Shown piece after piece: positions 8,742 through 18,613 of a stretch of 64,000 bases of DNA. The notes beneath the pieces are model-generated. The model worked only from the letters and a program-made list of their open reading frames with translations, was not told the origin of the DNA and searched no databases. The translations under genes and the position numbers were made by a program. This DNA is from Myxococcota bacterium (GTDB lineage Bacteria > Myxococcota_A > UBA9160 > SZUA-336): NCBI GenBank assembly GCA_965247115.1, contig CBDFGR010000003.1, forward strand, positions 352,001 through 416,000. The letters run 5' to 3'. The stretch's first letter is position 1; each line of letters opens with the position of its first letter.

Positions 8742-10405
8742 CCGATTGCCTTCCCCAGGAGACGTACTCGGTCTACGTAGACGGTGAGCTGTCGGCCGAA
8801 GATGTCCGCGCTGTGGAGTCCCACCTCGCGGGATGCGCGATCTGCCGAGGACTGATCCTCGCGTTGCGCGATGAAGGGACAGCCATCGCGAACACGTTGC
8901 TCGAACGCCATCGCGAAGTGGTCTCACGCGCACCGGCACATGCTCGCGCAAAGGGTCTCGCGATCGGTCTGGGTCCGACCTTGGGTGTCGCGGCCCTCGT
9001 GGTCGCGGCATTGGGCTGGTTGATGGAGACTCGCCTGCCGGCCGGCGCCAGCTGGTTGAATCCGATGGAGCTGATTGGAGTGTATGAGATGACGTTCGAC
9101 ATGGTCTTCCTGTTGCGCGACCGCGCGCCGGCGCTCTTCGATTTCACCATCTGGCTCGGGGGGAATGTGAGCGCCGCCGCGATCCTCATCTTCCTTGTGA
9201 GCGCGCTCGGCAGACGAGTCACCGGAACGACCGCACTGCTGGGTTTCGTGTGGGCATCCCTACTCGCCAGCCCGCAGGCCGCCACTGCGCTGGAGCTCCG
9301 GACGGGCGAGGGAGATGTGCGGGTCGCGGCCGGTGAGACCATCGAAGAGAGTCTCTTCATCTCCGGCGAGATCGTAACGATCGATGGAACGATCGACGGC
9401 GACCTGGCGGCCTTCGGCGAACGGATCGTTCTCCGCGGCGTCATCCGCGGCAACGTCTTCACCGCGGGCCGCGAGGTGGAGGTCTTCGGAACGATCGAAG
9501 GGTCGCTCTTCGCCGCCGGTGAGCGCGTGACGATCGAGGGCGAGCTGCAGCAGAGCGTCTATGGTGCTGCCGAGACTCTCACCTTGCACGAACGCGGAAC
9601 CGTTGGCCGCGATGCCTTCCTTGTCGGTGACTCGGTTCACGCGGACGGGAGCACGGGAAGAGATCTCTTCTCGGCGGCTGAGCGCGCCGAGATTCGCGGC
9701 ACCGTCGGTCGCGACGCACTGGCGATCGGCGACCGCCTGGCAATTCACGACAGCGCGAGCATCACCGGCAATCTGCACTACGAGCTCGGAAAGGGTGACG
9801 AGCCAGAGATCGCGCCAGGTGCGCGAATCGGCGGTGAAACCACCTCGGGGGAGCTCATGCACGAAGAAGAGCGCAGGAACCGCTGGCTCGATGGCCGAAC
9901 CTACCTGAAATTCGCTGTATTCCTGGCCGCCGTCTTCCTGGCCGGAATGCTCCTCCACCGGCTTCTCCCTGACCTCTTTTCCGCCGACCTCGAGAGCTCC
10001 CCCGACTTCTTCCGCGCGCTGGGTTACGGCGCAATCGCGCTGATAGGCACCCCCATCGCGCTCATCCTCTGCTTGATCACCGTCGTCGGCATCCCCATCG
10101 GCGTCATCGGCTTCTTCCTCTACCTGACGAGCCTCTTCGTCTCCATCATCGTTGTCGCCTCCCTCGTCGGCACCTCCATCACGGCAACGCTTGGCTTCGA
10201 GCCAGAAAACACCGGCTTTGGAATGTCACTCCTCGTTGGACTCGTCGTGGTGCTGGTCGGGTTGAACCTACCGTTCGTGGGCGAGCTACTGGGTCTGCTG
10301 GTGGTGGTGACCGGGCTGGGGCTGCTCGTCGCTGCCGTGATGAGCGGTTGGCACGGAAGGGAAGAGGACATGTACGGCGCCGACAGTGAAATTCGAAACC
10401 CGTGA
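8738..10405 (+). CDS. Membrane anti-sigma factor: zf-HC2 + bactofilin-like beta-helix + TM domain
   Basis: C...HLAGCAIC zinc finger, repeated I-x-G-x-I-x-G-D motifs, C-terminal TM helices; coupled to the sigma gene. Confidence 0.85.
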   Translation: MTDCLPQETYSVYVDGELSAEDVRAVESHLAGCAICRGLILALRDEGTAIANTLLERHREVVSRAPAHARAKGLAIGLGPTLGVAALVVAALGWLMETRLPAGASWLNPMELIGVYEMTFDMVFLLRDRAPALFDFTIWLGGNVSAAAILIFLVSALGRRVTGTTALLGFVWASLLASPQAATALELRTGEGDVRVAAGETIEESLFISGEIVTIDGTIDGDLAAFGERIVLRGVIRGNVFTAGREVEVFGTIEGSLFAAGERVTIEGELQQSVYGAAETLTLHERGTVGRDAFLVGDSVHADGSTGRDLFSAAERAEIRGTVGRDALAIGDRLAIHDSASITGNLHYELGKGDEPEIAPGARIGGETTSGELMHEEERRNRWLDGRTYLKFAVFLAAVFLAGMLLHRLLPDLFSADLESSPDFFRALGYGAIALIGTPIALILCLITVVGIPIGVIGFFLYLTSLFVSIIVVASLVGTSITATLGFEPENTGFGMSLLVGLVVVLVGLNLPFVGELLGLLVVVTGLGLLVAAVMSGWHGREEDMYGADSEIRNP

Positions 10406-10421
10406 CCCAAGGAGTTGGAAC

Positions 10422-11393
10422 ATGTACAGACGAATCATCTTGTCGCTCTGCATCTTCGTCCTTGCGCTGGCACCGAGCGCATGTATCTCCGTCGATATGC
10501 AGGACATTGTTTCACCGTCATTGAAGGAGCATGAGATAAGTCGCGACAGCTCCTTCACCAGGAACAAGATCCTGGTCGTCAATATCAGCGGGCTCATTCG
10601 TTCCGGACAAGACCGTGGTCTGTTTGTCCGACATACGACTCCGAGCTCCATCAAGATGATCCTGAACAAGGCCGCCAGTGACAAGCAGATCAGGGCCGTC
10701 GTTCTTCGTATCGACTCGCCAGGAGGGGAAGTAACCGCGACGGACGTTGTCTATCACGACATCCTGGCATTCAAAGAACAGACAGGGATCCCGGTCTATG
10801 CCTCCATCATGTCTCTTGGCACCTCCGGAGCATATTATGTCGGGACGGCTGCTGACGAGATCTACAGCCATCCCACCAGTATCGTCGGCAGCATTGGCGT
10901 CATTGTGCGTGTCCCGCAGTTCGCCAAGCTTGCCGACAAGATCGGCTACAGCCAGATCATCTTCAAATCGGTAGTGAACAAGGACCTTGGCGATCCCCTG
11001 AGGACCATGCCAAAGGAGCAACAGGTCATCCTTCAGAACACGATTGATTCCATGCACGAACGGTTTCTGGAAGTCGTGGTCAAGAGCCGCTCGGGATACC
11101 AAACCAAGGATGAACTCAGGCCGATTGCGGACGGGAGAATCTACACGCCAGAGGAGGCGCTGCGCATCCGACTGATCGATGGTATTGCCTACCTCGATGA
11201 GGTCATTGCCAAGGCCAAACTCTCAGCCGGTCTGGAGAGTGCGAGAGTCGTTACCTACAACCATAGTGCCGGGCGGGACAGCAACATCTATTCGAAGTTG
11301 CCGATGCAAGTAAACCTGCTCAACGTTGACCTGCGAAGCATATTCGGTGACGGTCTGCCCGGCTTCCACTATCTCTGGATGCCAGCCGACTGA
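10422..11393 (+). CDS. sppA: Signal peptide peptidase SppA (S49)
   Basis: LRIDSPGG, TSGAYY, IVGSIGV, ADGRIYT; lipoprotein-like signal. Confidence 0.92.
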   Translation: MYRRIILSLCIFVLALAPSACISVDMQDIVSPSLKEHEISRDSSFTRNKILVVNISGLIRSGQDRGLFVRHTTPSSIKMILNKAASDKQIRAVVLRIDSPGGEVTATDVVYHDILAFKEQTGIPVYASIMSLGTSGAYYVGTAADEIYSHPTSIVGSIGVIVRVPQFAKLADKIGYSQIIFKSVVNKDLGDPLRTMPKEQQVILQNTIDSMHERFLEVVVKSRSGYQTKDELRPIADGRIYTPEEALRIRLIDGIAYLDEVIAKAKLSAGLESARVVTYNHSAGRDSNIYSKLPMQVNLLNVDLRSIFGDGLPGFHYLWMPAD

Positions 11394-11462
11394 GGGGCCC
11401 TGAGCAACCGACCGGCCCCGCATGCTGTAGAATGGCGTGCGGAAAGGGGAACGCTGGTCGGG

Positions 11463-12653
11463 ATGATTGTCGGAGTACCTCGGGAGTCGTATCCAGGTGA
11501 GCGCCGGGTCGCGCTCGTGCCAACAGTCGTGCCTGCTCTGGTCAAGGCCGGCCTCGACGTGCGCATCGAGTCCGGCGCCGGCGTGAGCGCCGGTTTCCCC
11601 GATTCGGGCTACGCGTCGCAGGGGGCGCAGCTGATGCCCGACCGTCGGCAGCTGTACTCCGAGGCAGATCTGCTGTTGCAGGTCCACGGTCCCGGGGCAA
11701 GCCCCGAGACGCGGGAGGAGGAGCGGAACCTGTTGCGCCGCGACCAGTTTGTGGTGGGTCTGTTTGACCCCCTCGGTGCGGCCGAAAACGCTCGCGGCCT
11801 GGCCGAAACGGGCATCACCGCCTTTGCTCTGGAGCTCCTTCCGCGCATCAGTCGGGCGCAGCCGATGGATGTCCTGAGCTCCATGGCGACGGTGGCCGGC
11901 TACAAAGCAGTCCTTCTCGCTGCGAGCGAGCTCGGCAAGATGTACCCCATGATGATCACCGCCGCAGGCACCATCACCCCGGCCCGGGTGTTCGTCGTCG
12001 GGGCCGGTGTGGCGGGGCTGCAGGCGATCGCGGCATCGCAGCGACTGGGAGCGGTCGTGCACGCATACGACGTCCGGCCCGCGGTCAAGGAGCAGGTCGA
12101 GAGCCTTGGGGCCAAGTTCGTGGAGATGGAGCTCGAGACGGAGACGAGCGAGGACGCCTCAGGCTATGCGAAGGGAATGGGCGAGGAGTTCTATCGACGC
12201 CAGGGGGAGCTCATGAGCCAGGTGGTCGCCGACAGCGACGTCGTGATCACGACGGCGGCGGTGCCGGGGAAGAAGGCCCCGGTGCTCATCACCGGCGAAA
12301 TGATCGCGAAGATGGCGCCGGGATCGGTCATCGTCGACCTGGCGGCCGAGGGGGGCGGGAACTGCGAGCCAACGCAGGCAGGGCAAACGGTCCAGGTCGA
12401 CGGCGTTGCGATCGTTGGCCCGGTCAATCTACCTTCGACGGTTCCCTTCCACGCGAGTCAGATGTACGCCAAGAACGTGACCGCCTTTGTCGAGAATCTC
12501 GTCAATCAAGGTCACGTCAACCTCGACATGGACGACCCGATCATCAGCGACACACTGCTGACGCAGGGGGGGGAGGTGATGAACGCTCGGGTGCGAGAGC
12601 TTCTCGCACTACCCGGGCCGTCGCCATCGAGCGACGAAAGGAGAAGCTCCTGA
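11463..12653 (+). CDS. pntAA: NAD(P) transhydrogenase alpha subunit, part 1
   Basis: GERRVAL, PRISRAQPMDVLSS, GAGVAGLQAI. Confidence 0.96.
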   Translation: MIVGVPRESYPGERRVALVPTVVPALVKAGLDVRIESGAGVSAGFPDSGYASQGAQLMPDRRQLYSEADLLLQVHGPGASPETREEERNLLRRDQFVVGLFDPLGAAENARGLAETGITAFALELLPRISRAQPMDVLSSMATVAGYKAVLLAASELGKMYPMMITAAGTITPARVFVVGAGVAGLQAIAASQRLGAVVHAYDVRPAVKEQVESLGAKFVEMELETETSEDASGYAKGMGEEFYRRQGELMSQVVADSDVVITTAAVPGKKAPVLITGEMIAKMAPGSVIVDLAAEGGGNCEPTQAGQTVQVDGVAIVGPVNLPSTVPFHASQMYAKNVTAFVENLVNQGHVNLDMDDPIISDTLLTQGGEVMNARVRELLALPGPSPSSDERRSS

Positions 12654-12955
12654 TGGAGACGTTCGTTGCAGCCCTGACCATCTTCGTGTTGGCGCTCTTT
12701 GTCGGCTTCGAAATCATCACGAAGGTGCCACCACTTCTTCACACCCCGCTCATGTCGGGCGCCAACGCGATCTCCGGCATCACTCTGGTCGGCACGCTCG
12801 TCACCTCGGGCGCCCGTTTTACAGTCGCCACCGAGATTTTCGGATTTCTCGCCGTGGCGATGGCCACGGCCAACGTCGTCGGCGGCTTTCTGGTAACCCA
12901 CCGCATGCTGGCGATGTTCCATCGGGAAGACGAGGATGTCCGGCGCATTCATTAA
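12653..12955 (+). CDS. pntAB: NAD(P) transhydrogenase alpha subunit, part 2
   Basis: KVPPLLHTPLMSGANAISG, NVVGGFLVTHRML. Confidence 0.96.
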   Translation: METFVAALTIFVLALFVGFEIITKVPPLLHTPLMSGANAISGITLVGTLVTSGARFTVATEIFGFLAVAMATANVVGGFLVTHRMLAMFHREDEDVRRIH

Positions 12956-14339
12956 CTTCTTCTATCTGATCGCCGCGGTCCTCTTCATTCTGGGCCTGAA
13001 GGGACTCACCCATCCGCGGACGGCGGTGCGCGGCAACCTGATGGGTGCCCTCGGCATGCTCATCGCCATCGTCGTCACCCTCACCGATCAGCGCATCGTC
13101 AGCTTTCAGATCATCGTCGCCGGATTTGTCGTCGGGGGTCTGATCGGCGGCGCGATGGCCTACCGCGCACCGATGACCACCATGCCGCAAGTGGTGGCGG
13201 TGTTCAACGGCTTCGGGGGTGGCGCCTCGGCCCTCGCGGTCGGAGCCGCCTTCATCGAGGCGCTGAGCGGAGAATGGATCGAGGAGATCAACGTCCAGTT
13301 CACCAGCGCGGTAGCGATGTCGGGGCTGATCGGCGGTCTCGCCTTCACCGGGAGCGCCATCGCCTTCGCCAAGCTGCAGGGTTTGACTCCGGAGCGGCCC
13401 ATTCTGATGCCGGGGCGACACGCGCTAAATGCCCTTCTCCTTGTGCTCGCTCTTGCCTTCAGCGCGTGGCTGATTGTAGAGCCGGCCTCCTCCCTGCCCT
13501 TCTGGGCGCTCACCGGCACCGCAGCGCTGCTCGGAATCATGCTGGTCATTCCCATCGGCGGTGCCGACATGCCCGTCGTGATCTCGCTACTCAACGCCTA
13601 CTCGGGGCTCGCCGCGGCCGGTCACGGCTGGGTGCTCAACAACAACGTGCTGATCGTCGCCGGCTCCCTGGTCGGAGCCGCGGGCTTCATTCTGACGGTG
13701 CTGATGTGTCGCGCGATGAACCGGTCGATCGGAAACGTCATCTTCGGCGGCGTCGGTGCGGTCGTCGACACCGGGGCAGAGACGGAGGACATCTACGCCG
13801 GGCGTGTGAAGTCGGCGTCGGCCGAAGAGGTCGCGATACTTCTCGACAGTGCTCGGCGGGTCGTCATCGCACCCGGGTACGGGATGGCCGTTGCCCAGGC
13901 CCAGTTCGCGGTCGGCGAGCTGACGAAGCAGCTGGAGGACAAGGGGGTCGAGGTCGACTTCGCGATTCATCCGGTCGCCGGCAGAATGCCCGGGCACATG
14001 AATGTTCTGCTGGCCGATGCGAAGGTACCCTACGACCGGCTCAAGGACATGGACGAGATCAATCCAACGTTCCAGCAGACCGAGGTGGTGCTGGTCATCG
14101 GGGCCAACGATGTCGTCAATCCCATGGCCCGGGAGGCCGACCCCTCGATTCCCATCGCCGGGATGCCGATCCTCAACGTCGACGAGGCGCGCTCCGTCGT
14201 CATCGTCAAGCGCAGCCTGAGTCCCGGATTCGCCGGCATCGCCAATCCCCTCTTCGCCGCCGACAACGCCCTCATGCTCTTCGGCGACGCGAAAAAAGTG
14301 GCGACAGACCTGGTGGCGGCTCTCAAGGCGACGAGCTGA
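12936..14339 (+). CDS. pntB: NAD(P) transhydrogenase beta subunit
   Basis: IGGADMPVVISLLN, HPVAGRMPGHMNVLLA, GANDVVNP. Confidence 0.97.
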   Translation: MSGAFINFFYLIAAVLFILGLKGLTHPRTAVRGNLMGALGMLIAIVVTLTDQRIVSFQIIVAGFVVGGLIGGAMAYRAPMTTMPQVVAVFNGFGGGASALAVGAAFIEALSGEWIEEINVQFTSAVAMSGLIGGLAFTGSAIAFAKLQGLTPERPILMPGRHALNALLLVLALAFSAWLIVEPASSLPFWALTGTAALLGIMLVIPIGGADMPVVISLLNAYSGLAAAGHGWVLNNNVLIVAGSLVGAAGFILTVLMCRAMNRSIGNVIFGGVGAVVDTGAETEDIYAGRVKSASAEEVAILLDSARRVVIAPGYGMAVAQAQFAVGELTKQLEDKGVEVDFAIHPVAGRMPGHMNVLLADAKVPYDRLKDMDEINPTFQQTEVVLVIGANDVVNPMAREADPSIPIAGMPILNVDEARSVVIVKRSLSPGFAGIANPLFAADNALMLFGDAKKVATDLVAALKATS

Positions 14340-14373
14340 GCTCGGCCTCCCGCGGCTCGATCGCTCGATGGGT

Positions 14374-15930
14374 TCAGGGTAGGTAGCTAAGACCAGGCGT
14401 CGGGCCGAGCTGGGTCTTCAGCATCGACTGAGCCATCTCGACGAAATCGCAGAGCAGGGGCCGTGTGTCCCGGGGATCGATGATGTCCTCGACGTTGAAC
14501 GCCTCCGCACTTCGCATGGGCGAGGCGAAGGCCTGCAGGCGACGCTCGATCTCGGCCTGCTTTGCCTTTGGATCATCGGAGGCTTCGATCTCGCGACGAT
14601 AGGCGGCGGACGTACCGCCCTCGATGTGCATCGAGCCCCACTGCGCAGAAGGCCAGGCGACGCGCTTGAACATGCCCCGCATCGACCGGTCGTGACACTG
14701 GCCGGCTACACCGTAGAGCTGGCGAATGACGAACGTGATCCACGGCATCCTGCTGTTCTGGGTCGCGCAGACCATCTTTGCGCCAGCGCGCACGATCCCC
14801 TGCCGCTGAGCCTCGAGCCCGACCATGAAGCCTGGCTCATCGGCGAAGTAGACCATCGGCAGGTGGAAGGTGTCGCAGAGCTGGATGAAGCGGATGACCT
14901 TGGTGCCGGCGGCCACGTCCATCGAGCCCCCCTGGACCAGCGGGTTGTTGATCATGACGCCCACGGGGTACCCGTTCACGCGCGCCAGTGCGGTGATCCG
15001 CGCCCCCCCGTAGTGGGGGGTGAGCTCGAAGATGGAATCGCGATCCAGAACGTGCCGGAGAAGCGCGCGAGCATCGTAGGCCCTTCGCTTCTGCCTCGGG
15101 ATCACGGACAGCAGCTCCTCGTCACGCCGGCCAGGGTCATCCGTCGGCTCGACCCGCGGGGGAGGCTCCCAGACGTTCTGCGGCAAGTAGCTGAGGAACC
15201 TCCTGGCCATCTCGAAGGCCTCCTCCTCGCTCTCGGCCAGGTTGTCGACGACTCCGCCCTCGTAGACCTGGGTCCGCTCGTCCCCCAGCTCTTCCTTGCT
15301 GATCTCCGTGCCGAGCGCGGCCTTGACGACCGGGGGACCCCCGGCAAAGACCTGGCTGATGCCCCGCACCATGACGCTGAAGTGCGACAGGCAGACCTCC
15401 ACCGCCGGGAGACCGGCAACGGAACCCAGCGCCAGGGCGACTACCGGTGACGTGCAGAGCAGCTCTTCGACGGTGTGGCTGCCAGCGTTCGAAGGGATGT
15501 ACGTGCGACCGATCTTCTCGAACGTCCTGACGCTGCCACCCGTGGCATCGAGCAGGCGGACGAACGGGAGCCGCCACTGCAGGGCCAGGTGGTTGGCGAA
15601 GCCGTGCTTGTCGCCCACGGCGGCGTCGCTGGCTCCACCCCGTACCGTGAAGTCGCCGCCCGAGAGCACGACTTTTCGACCGTCAATCCTGCACGTCCCG
15701 ATCAACATGTTGGACGGCGTGAACGACTCGAGCTTGTCGTCGCGGTAGACGGCGCCCCCGGCCAGGCCACCGATCTCCTGGAACGAGTCCGCGTCTGCCA
15801 GCGCCACGAATCGCTCGCGGACCGTGAGCTTCCCCCGCTTTCGCTGCCGCTCGATTCCCTCGGGGCCGCCCATCCGAGCGGCCAGCTCCCTCCTGCGCTT
15901 CAGCTCCTCGATCTCCGGCTCCCAGACCAC
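14374..15930 (-). CDS. Acyl-CoA carboxylase beta (carboxyltransferase) subunit
   Basis: MGGPEGIERQ..GKLTVRER, DFTVRGG, DEPGFMVG, IIDPRDTR; GTG start after GAGGA. Confidence 0.92.
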   Translation of the reverse strand: MVWEPEIEELKRRRELAARMGGPEGIERQRKRGKLTVRERFVALADADSFQEIGGLAGGAVYRDDKLESFTPSNMLIGTCRIDGRKVVLSGGDFTVRGGASDAAVGDKHGFANHLALQWRLPFVRLLDATGGSVRTFEKIGRTYIPSNAGSHTVEELLCTSPVVALALGSVAGLPAVEVCLSHFSVMVRGISQVFAGGPPVVKAALGTEISKEELGDERTQVYEGGVVDNLAESEEEAFEMARRFLSYLPQNVWEPPPRVEPTDDPGRRDEELLSVIPRQKRRAYDARALLRHVLDRDSIFELTPHYGGARITALARVNGYPVGVMINNPLVQGGSMDVAAGTKVIRFIQLCDTFHLPMVYFADEPGFMVGLEAQRQGIVRAGAKMVCATQNSRMPWITFVIRQLYGVAGQCHDRSMRGMFKRVAWPSAQWGSMHIEGGTSAAYRREIEASDDPKAKQAEIERRLQAFASPMRSAEAFNVEDIIDPRDTRPLLCDFVEMAQSMLKTQLGPTPGLSYLP

Positions 15931-16045
15931 CGAGTTCCTCCGTATCCAGCCAGGGCCCTTCGCGGGCAATCGTCGCTCCGCGCGGCTGCGAGCGCAGCCC
16001 GTGGCTCTGGTGCGCCAGCTTACCAAGTCTGAGCGAGCGCCTGCG

Positions 16046-16750
16046 CTAGCGCGTCAGGGCCTCGGGAATCTGCTCGACTCGCACGGTATCGCCGAAGGCG
16101 TCCCGGAATATCGCCAGCGCGCTAAGGCCGAGGCTCGTGTTCGCCGTCCAGACCGCGTCTTCCGCGATCAGTGTCCGGTAGCCGAGGATGGACGAAGATT
16201 GCGCCGTGCGCAGGACGCACACGTCGGTCTCCACACCGGCGACGACGACGGCGTCGACCTCGTGGTCGCCCAGGAAGGCGGCGAGCTCGGTTCGGTGGAA
16301 GCCGTCGAACGTGTGCTTGTCGATGACGCTCTCGCGCTCGCTCGACTCGCCTTCGGCCGCGATGGACGCGATCGAATCGACGAAGTCGCACCCCCACGTC
16401 GCGGTCTTGCAAGGGAAGTGACGACGCGTCGGGTCACGCAGCAACGACGGGGGTTGCACTGCGAAGGAGCGATCGTATACGGCGCGCACGAATGCGACGG
16501 GACGAGCCTCTCGCCGCGCGAGCCGAACGGCACTGCACACACGGTCGACCACCGCGGCCAGCTCGGGGGACCTGAGCACGCAGTCGGAGCCGCTCGTCGG
16601 TGGCTCCGGGAATTCCAGCTCGCGGAGCCGCTCCGCGTGCGACAGCCGGCCTTCCCGGACGCTCTCATCCAGCGCAGCGCGCCGGCCGTAGTAGCCGTCG
16701 AGGGTCAGGAAGTCGTTCTGCATGTCCACGACGATCAACGCCCAGCTCAA
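16046..16750 (-). CDS. Isochorismatase-family cysteine hydrolase
   Basis: VVDMQNDF, KHTFDGF, GVETDVCV (D-K-C triad). Confidence 0.88.
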   Translation of the reverse strand: MSWALIVVDMQNDFLTLDGYYGRRAALDESVREGRLSHAERLRELEFPEPPTSGSDCVLRSPELAAVVDRVCSAVRLARREARPVAFVRAVYDRSFAVQPPSLLRDPTRRHFPCKTATWGCDFVDSIASIAAEGESSERESVIDKHTFDGFHRTELAAFLGDHEVDAVVVAGVETDVCVLRTAQSSSILGYRTLIAEDAVWTANTSLGLSALAIFRDAFGDTVRVEQIPEALTR

Positions 16751-16889
16751 TGCCCGACCTCGCAGGGCACCCCTCGGCCCCTCCTTCGGCGCTTCGCAGC
16801 CCCGCGTTCAACGATACCAGGTCCCTGGGCCCAGCCGCGGACGCGCGCGTCTGGGTTACCGAGTGTGGTTCGTGGCGGCGAGTCGGGTG

Positions 16890-18125
16890 TCAGAGCGAGA
16901 AGCGCTCGCGCAAGTCCGGAGGCACGATCGGGCAGGCCTGTTCCGGCCTGCGAAACAGGCGCTGGCGAATGGCCGCGATCTGGTCGTAGAGCCGATCGCG
17001 CAGGACGCGCGGGACCGCTCGGGACGCGAGAGCCAGGGCCCGCCAGATGCCGCCGAGCTGATCCCCGATCTCGATCAGTGCAGCCGAGCGCACGCGAAGC
17101 TCGCCGTCCGGCGTGCGCAGCACGATGCTGTCCGGGAGCTCGCCCGCCTCACTCGGCGCGACCTCGTTGGCAAAGCGCGCACTCTCGAGTGGCGCATAGC
17201 GGAAGATGGCCTCGCGATCCTCCGCGAGGAGGAGACGCACCGTGCGATGACAGAGACCGCAGCTGCCGTCGTAGTACACGACCCACTCGCCCGCGGAGCG
17301 CCTTGCGCGCAACCAGCTCGGATCGAAGGTAAAGGCATGCAGGATCACCATCCCGAAGGAAAGATCCGCGAAATCGATCAGGACCATCAGGTTCAGGTGC
17401 AAGCCCAGCATGGCGAGCCACAGCCAGGGGCGAACTCGGCGAACCAGTGCCAGCGGGGCAAACAGAAGCTCCAGAGCGAGTCCACCCCATGTCATGAGCT
17501 GCAGCACGGGCGTGGGCAACGCCAGGACGAGGTCGCGAACAAAGCTGGGCCGGGCCAGCGGATTGTCGAGTATGCGCGCGATCGCGCTGCCATCGACCCA
17601 GGAGGGACTCACCAGCTTTGTGTAGCCGCTGTACGAGTACCCGATCGCCATCACGATCCACGCTGCAGCGTAGATACCGTCCGGTAGCTGCCAGCCAGCA
17701 CCAGGATCGGCGCGACCCCGCGCGTCCCACGAGCCGTACGGTGCGCGCGGCAGCACCGAGTGCGCGATCAGGAGCCAGCCGATGAACGGGAGGCTCGGAT
17801 TCTGGATCAGGGGATTTCGCGTGAAGAGACAGGCCCACAGGTACCAGAGCACGAGGGCACAGGCGCGATCCTTGAAGCCGGCAGCAAACAGGACTGCTGT
17901 GATCGCGGCAAGTCCCAGGAGCAGCGTGACCACGATGGGCGAGTCGAGCGCGAACAGCACGTTAGGAAACAGCGGATACAGCGGGCTCAGGGCGGCATCG
18001 GCCACCATGCCTTCGCTCGAGAACAGCTCGGGTCCCCACGCAAGCAACCCGGCGAAGTGCTGCAGCAGATAGGCACCCAGGACGATCCGGTACACGCTGT
18101 ACTGTCCGCCGGTCCAGCCGTTCAT
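16890..18125 (-). CDS. HTTM-domain membrane protein fused to a DCC1-like (DUF393) thiol-disulfide domain
   Basis: YSYSGYTKL..PSWVDGSA HTTM motif; C-terminal YYDGSCGLC (DxxCxxC). Confidence 0.85.
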   Translation of the reverse strand: MNGWTGGQYSVYRIVLGAYLLQHFAGLLAWGPELFSSEGMVADAALSPLYPLFPNVLFALDSPIVVTLLLGLAAITAVLFAAGFKDRACALVLWYLWACLFTRNPLIQNPSLPFIGWLLIAHSVLPRAPYGSWDARGRADPGAGWQLPDGIYAAAWIVMAIGYSYSGYTKLVSPSWVDGSAIARILDNPLARPSFVRDLVLALPTPVLQLMTWGGLALELLFAPLALVRRVRPWLWLAMLGLHLNLMVLIDFADLSFGMVILHAFTFDPSWLRARRSAGEWVVYYDGSCGLCHRTVRLLLAEDREAIFRYAPLESARFANEVAPSEAGELPDSIVLRTPDGELRVRSAALIEIGDQLGGIWRALALASRAVPRVLRDRLYDQIAAIRQRLFRRPEQACPIVPPDLRERFSL

Positions 18126-18613
18126 CGTGCACACGGGGCGGCGACCTCGCGGGTCAGCTCCCCGAGGTCGCTGCCCTCTAACGGCTCCAGCCGGATCCGG
18201 GGCGTTCCTTCGACGTCGTCGGGGTCGATGCCAAGCTCGCGCAGGAGCGGTGCATCTCCGCACAACGCATAGCCGGCGACGGCCTCGTAGACGGGACGGG
18301 TGGCCTCACTGGCAATCAGCACGGGACCGTAGGCGACCACGGCTCCGAACACGTTGCGGCGGTTGTAGGGGCCGCGGATGCGCGCGTACACCTCGGGCGT
18401 GAACTCGAGCGACTGAACCGTGCCGGCTCGATCCGTCCACTCGAGAAAGAAGCGGGTGGAGTAGGTCTCGAGTCCCTCTACGGCGCTGAACACTCTCGGT
18501 GCCGGCGAGGCGGTCGTTGCCAGAGCCAGGCCGCGCAGAGCTGGCAGGCCCGCGACGTCCCCGAGCATCTGGGCAAGACCCAGAAGCGTGAGCAGGCCGG
18601 CGGCGACTCTCAC
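18122..18613 (-). CDS. Conserved hypothetical protein
   Basis: Overlaps both neighbours by 4 nt; ASPAPRVFS, GPYNRRNVFGA. Confidence 0.8.
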   Translation of the reverse strand: MRVAAGLLTLLGLAQMLGDVAGLPALRGLALATTASPAPRVFSAVEGLETYSTRFFLEWTDRAGTVQSLEFTPEVYARIRGPYNRRNVFGAVVAYGPVLIASEATRPVYEAVAGYALCGDAPLLRELGIDPDDVEGTPRIRLEPLEGSDLGELTREVAAPCAR

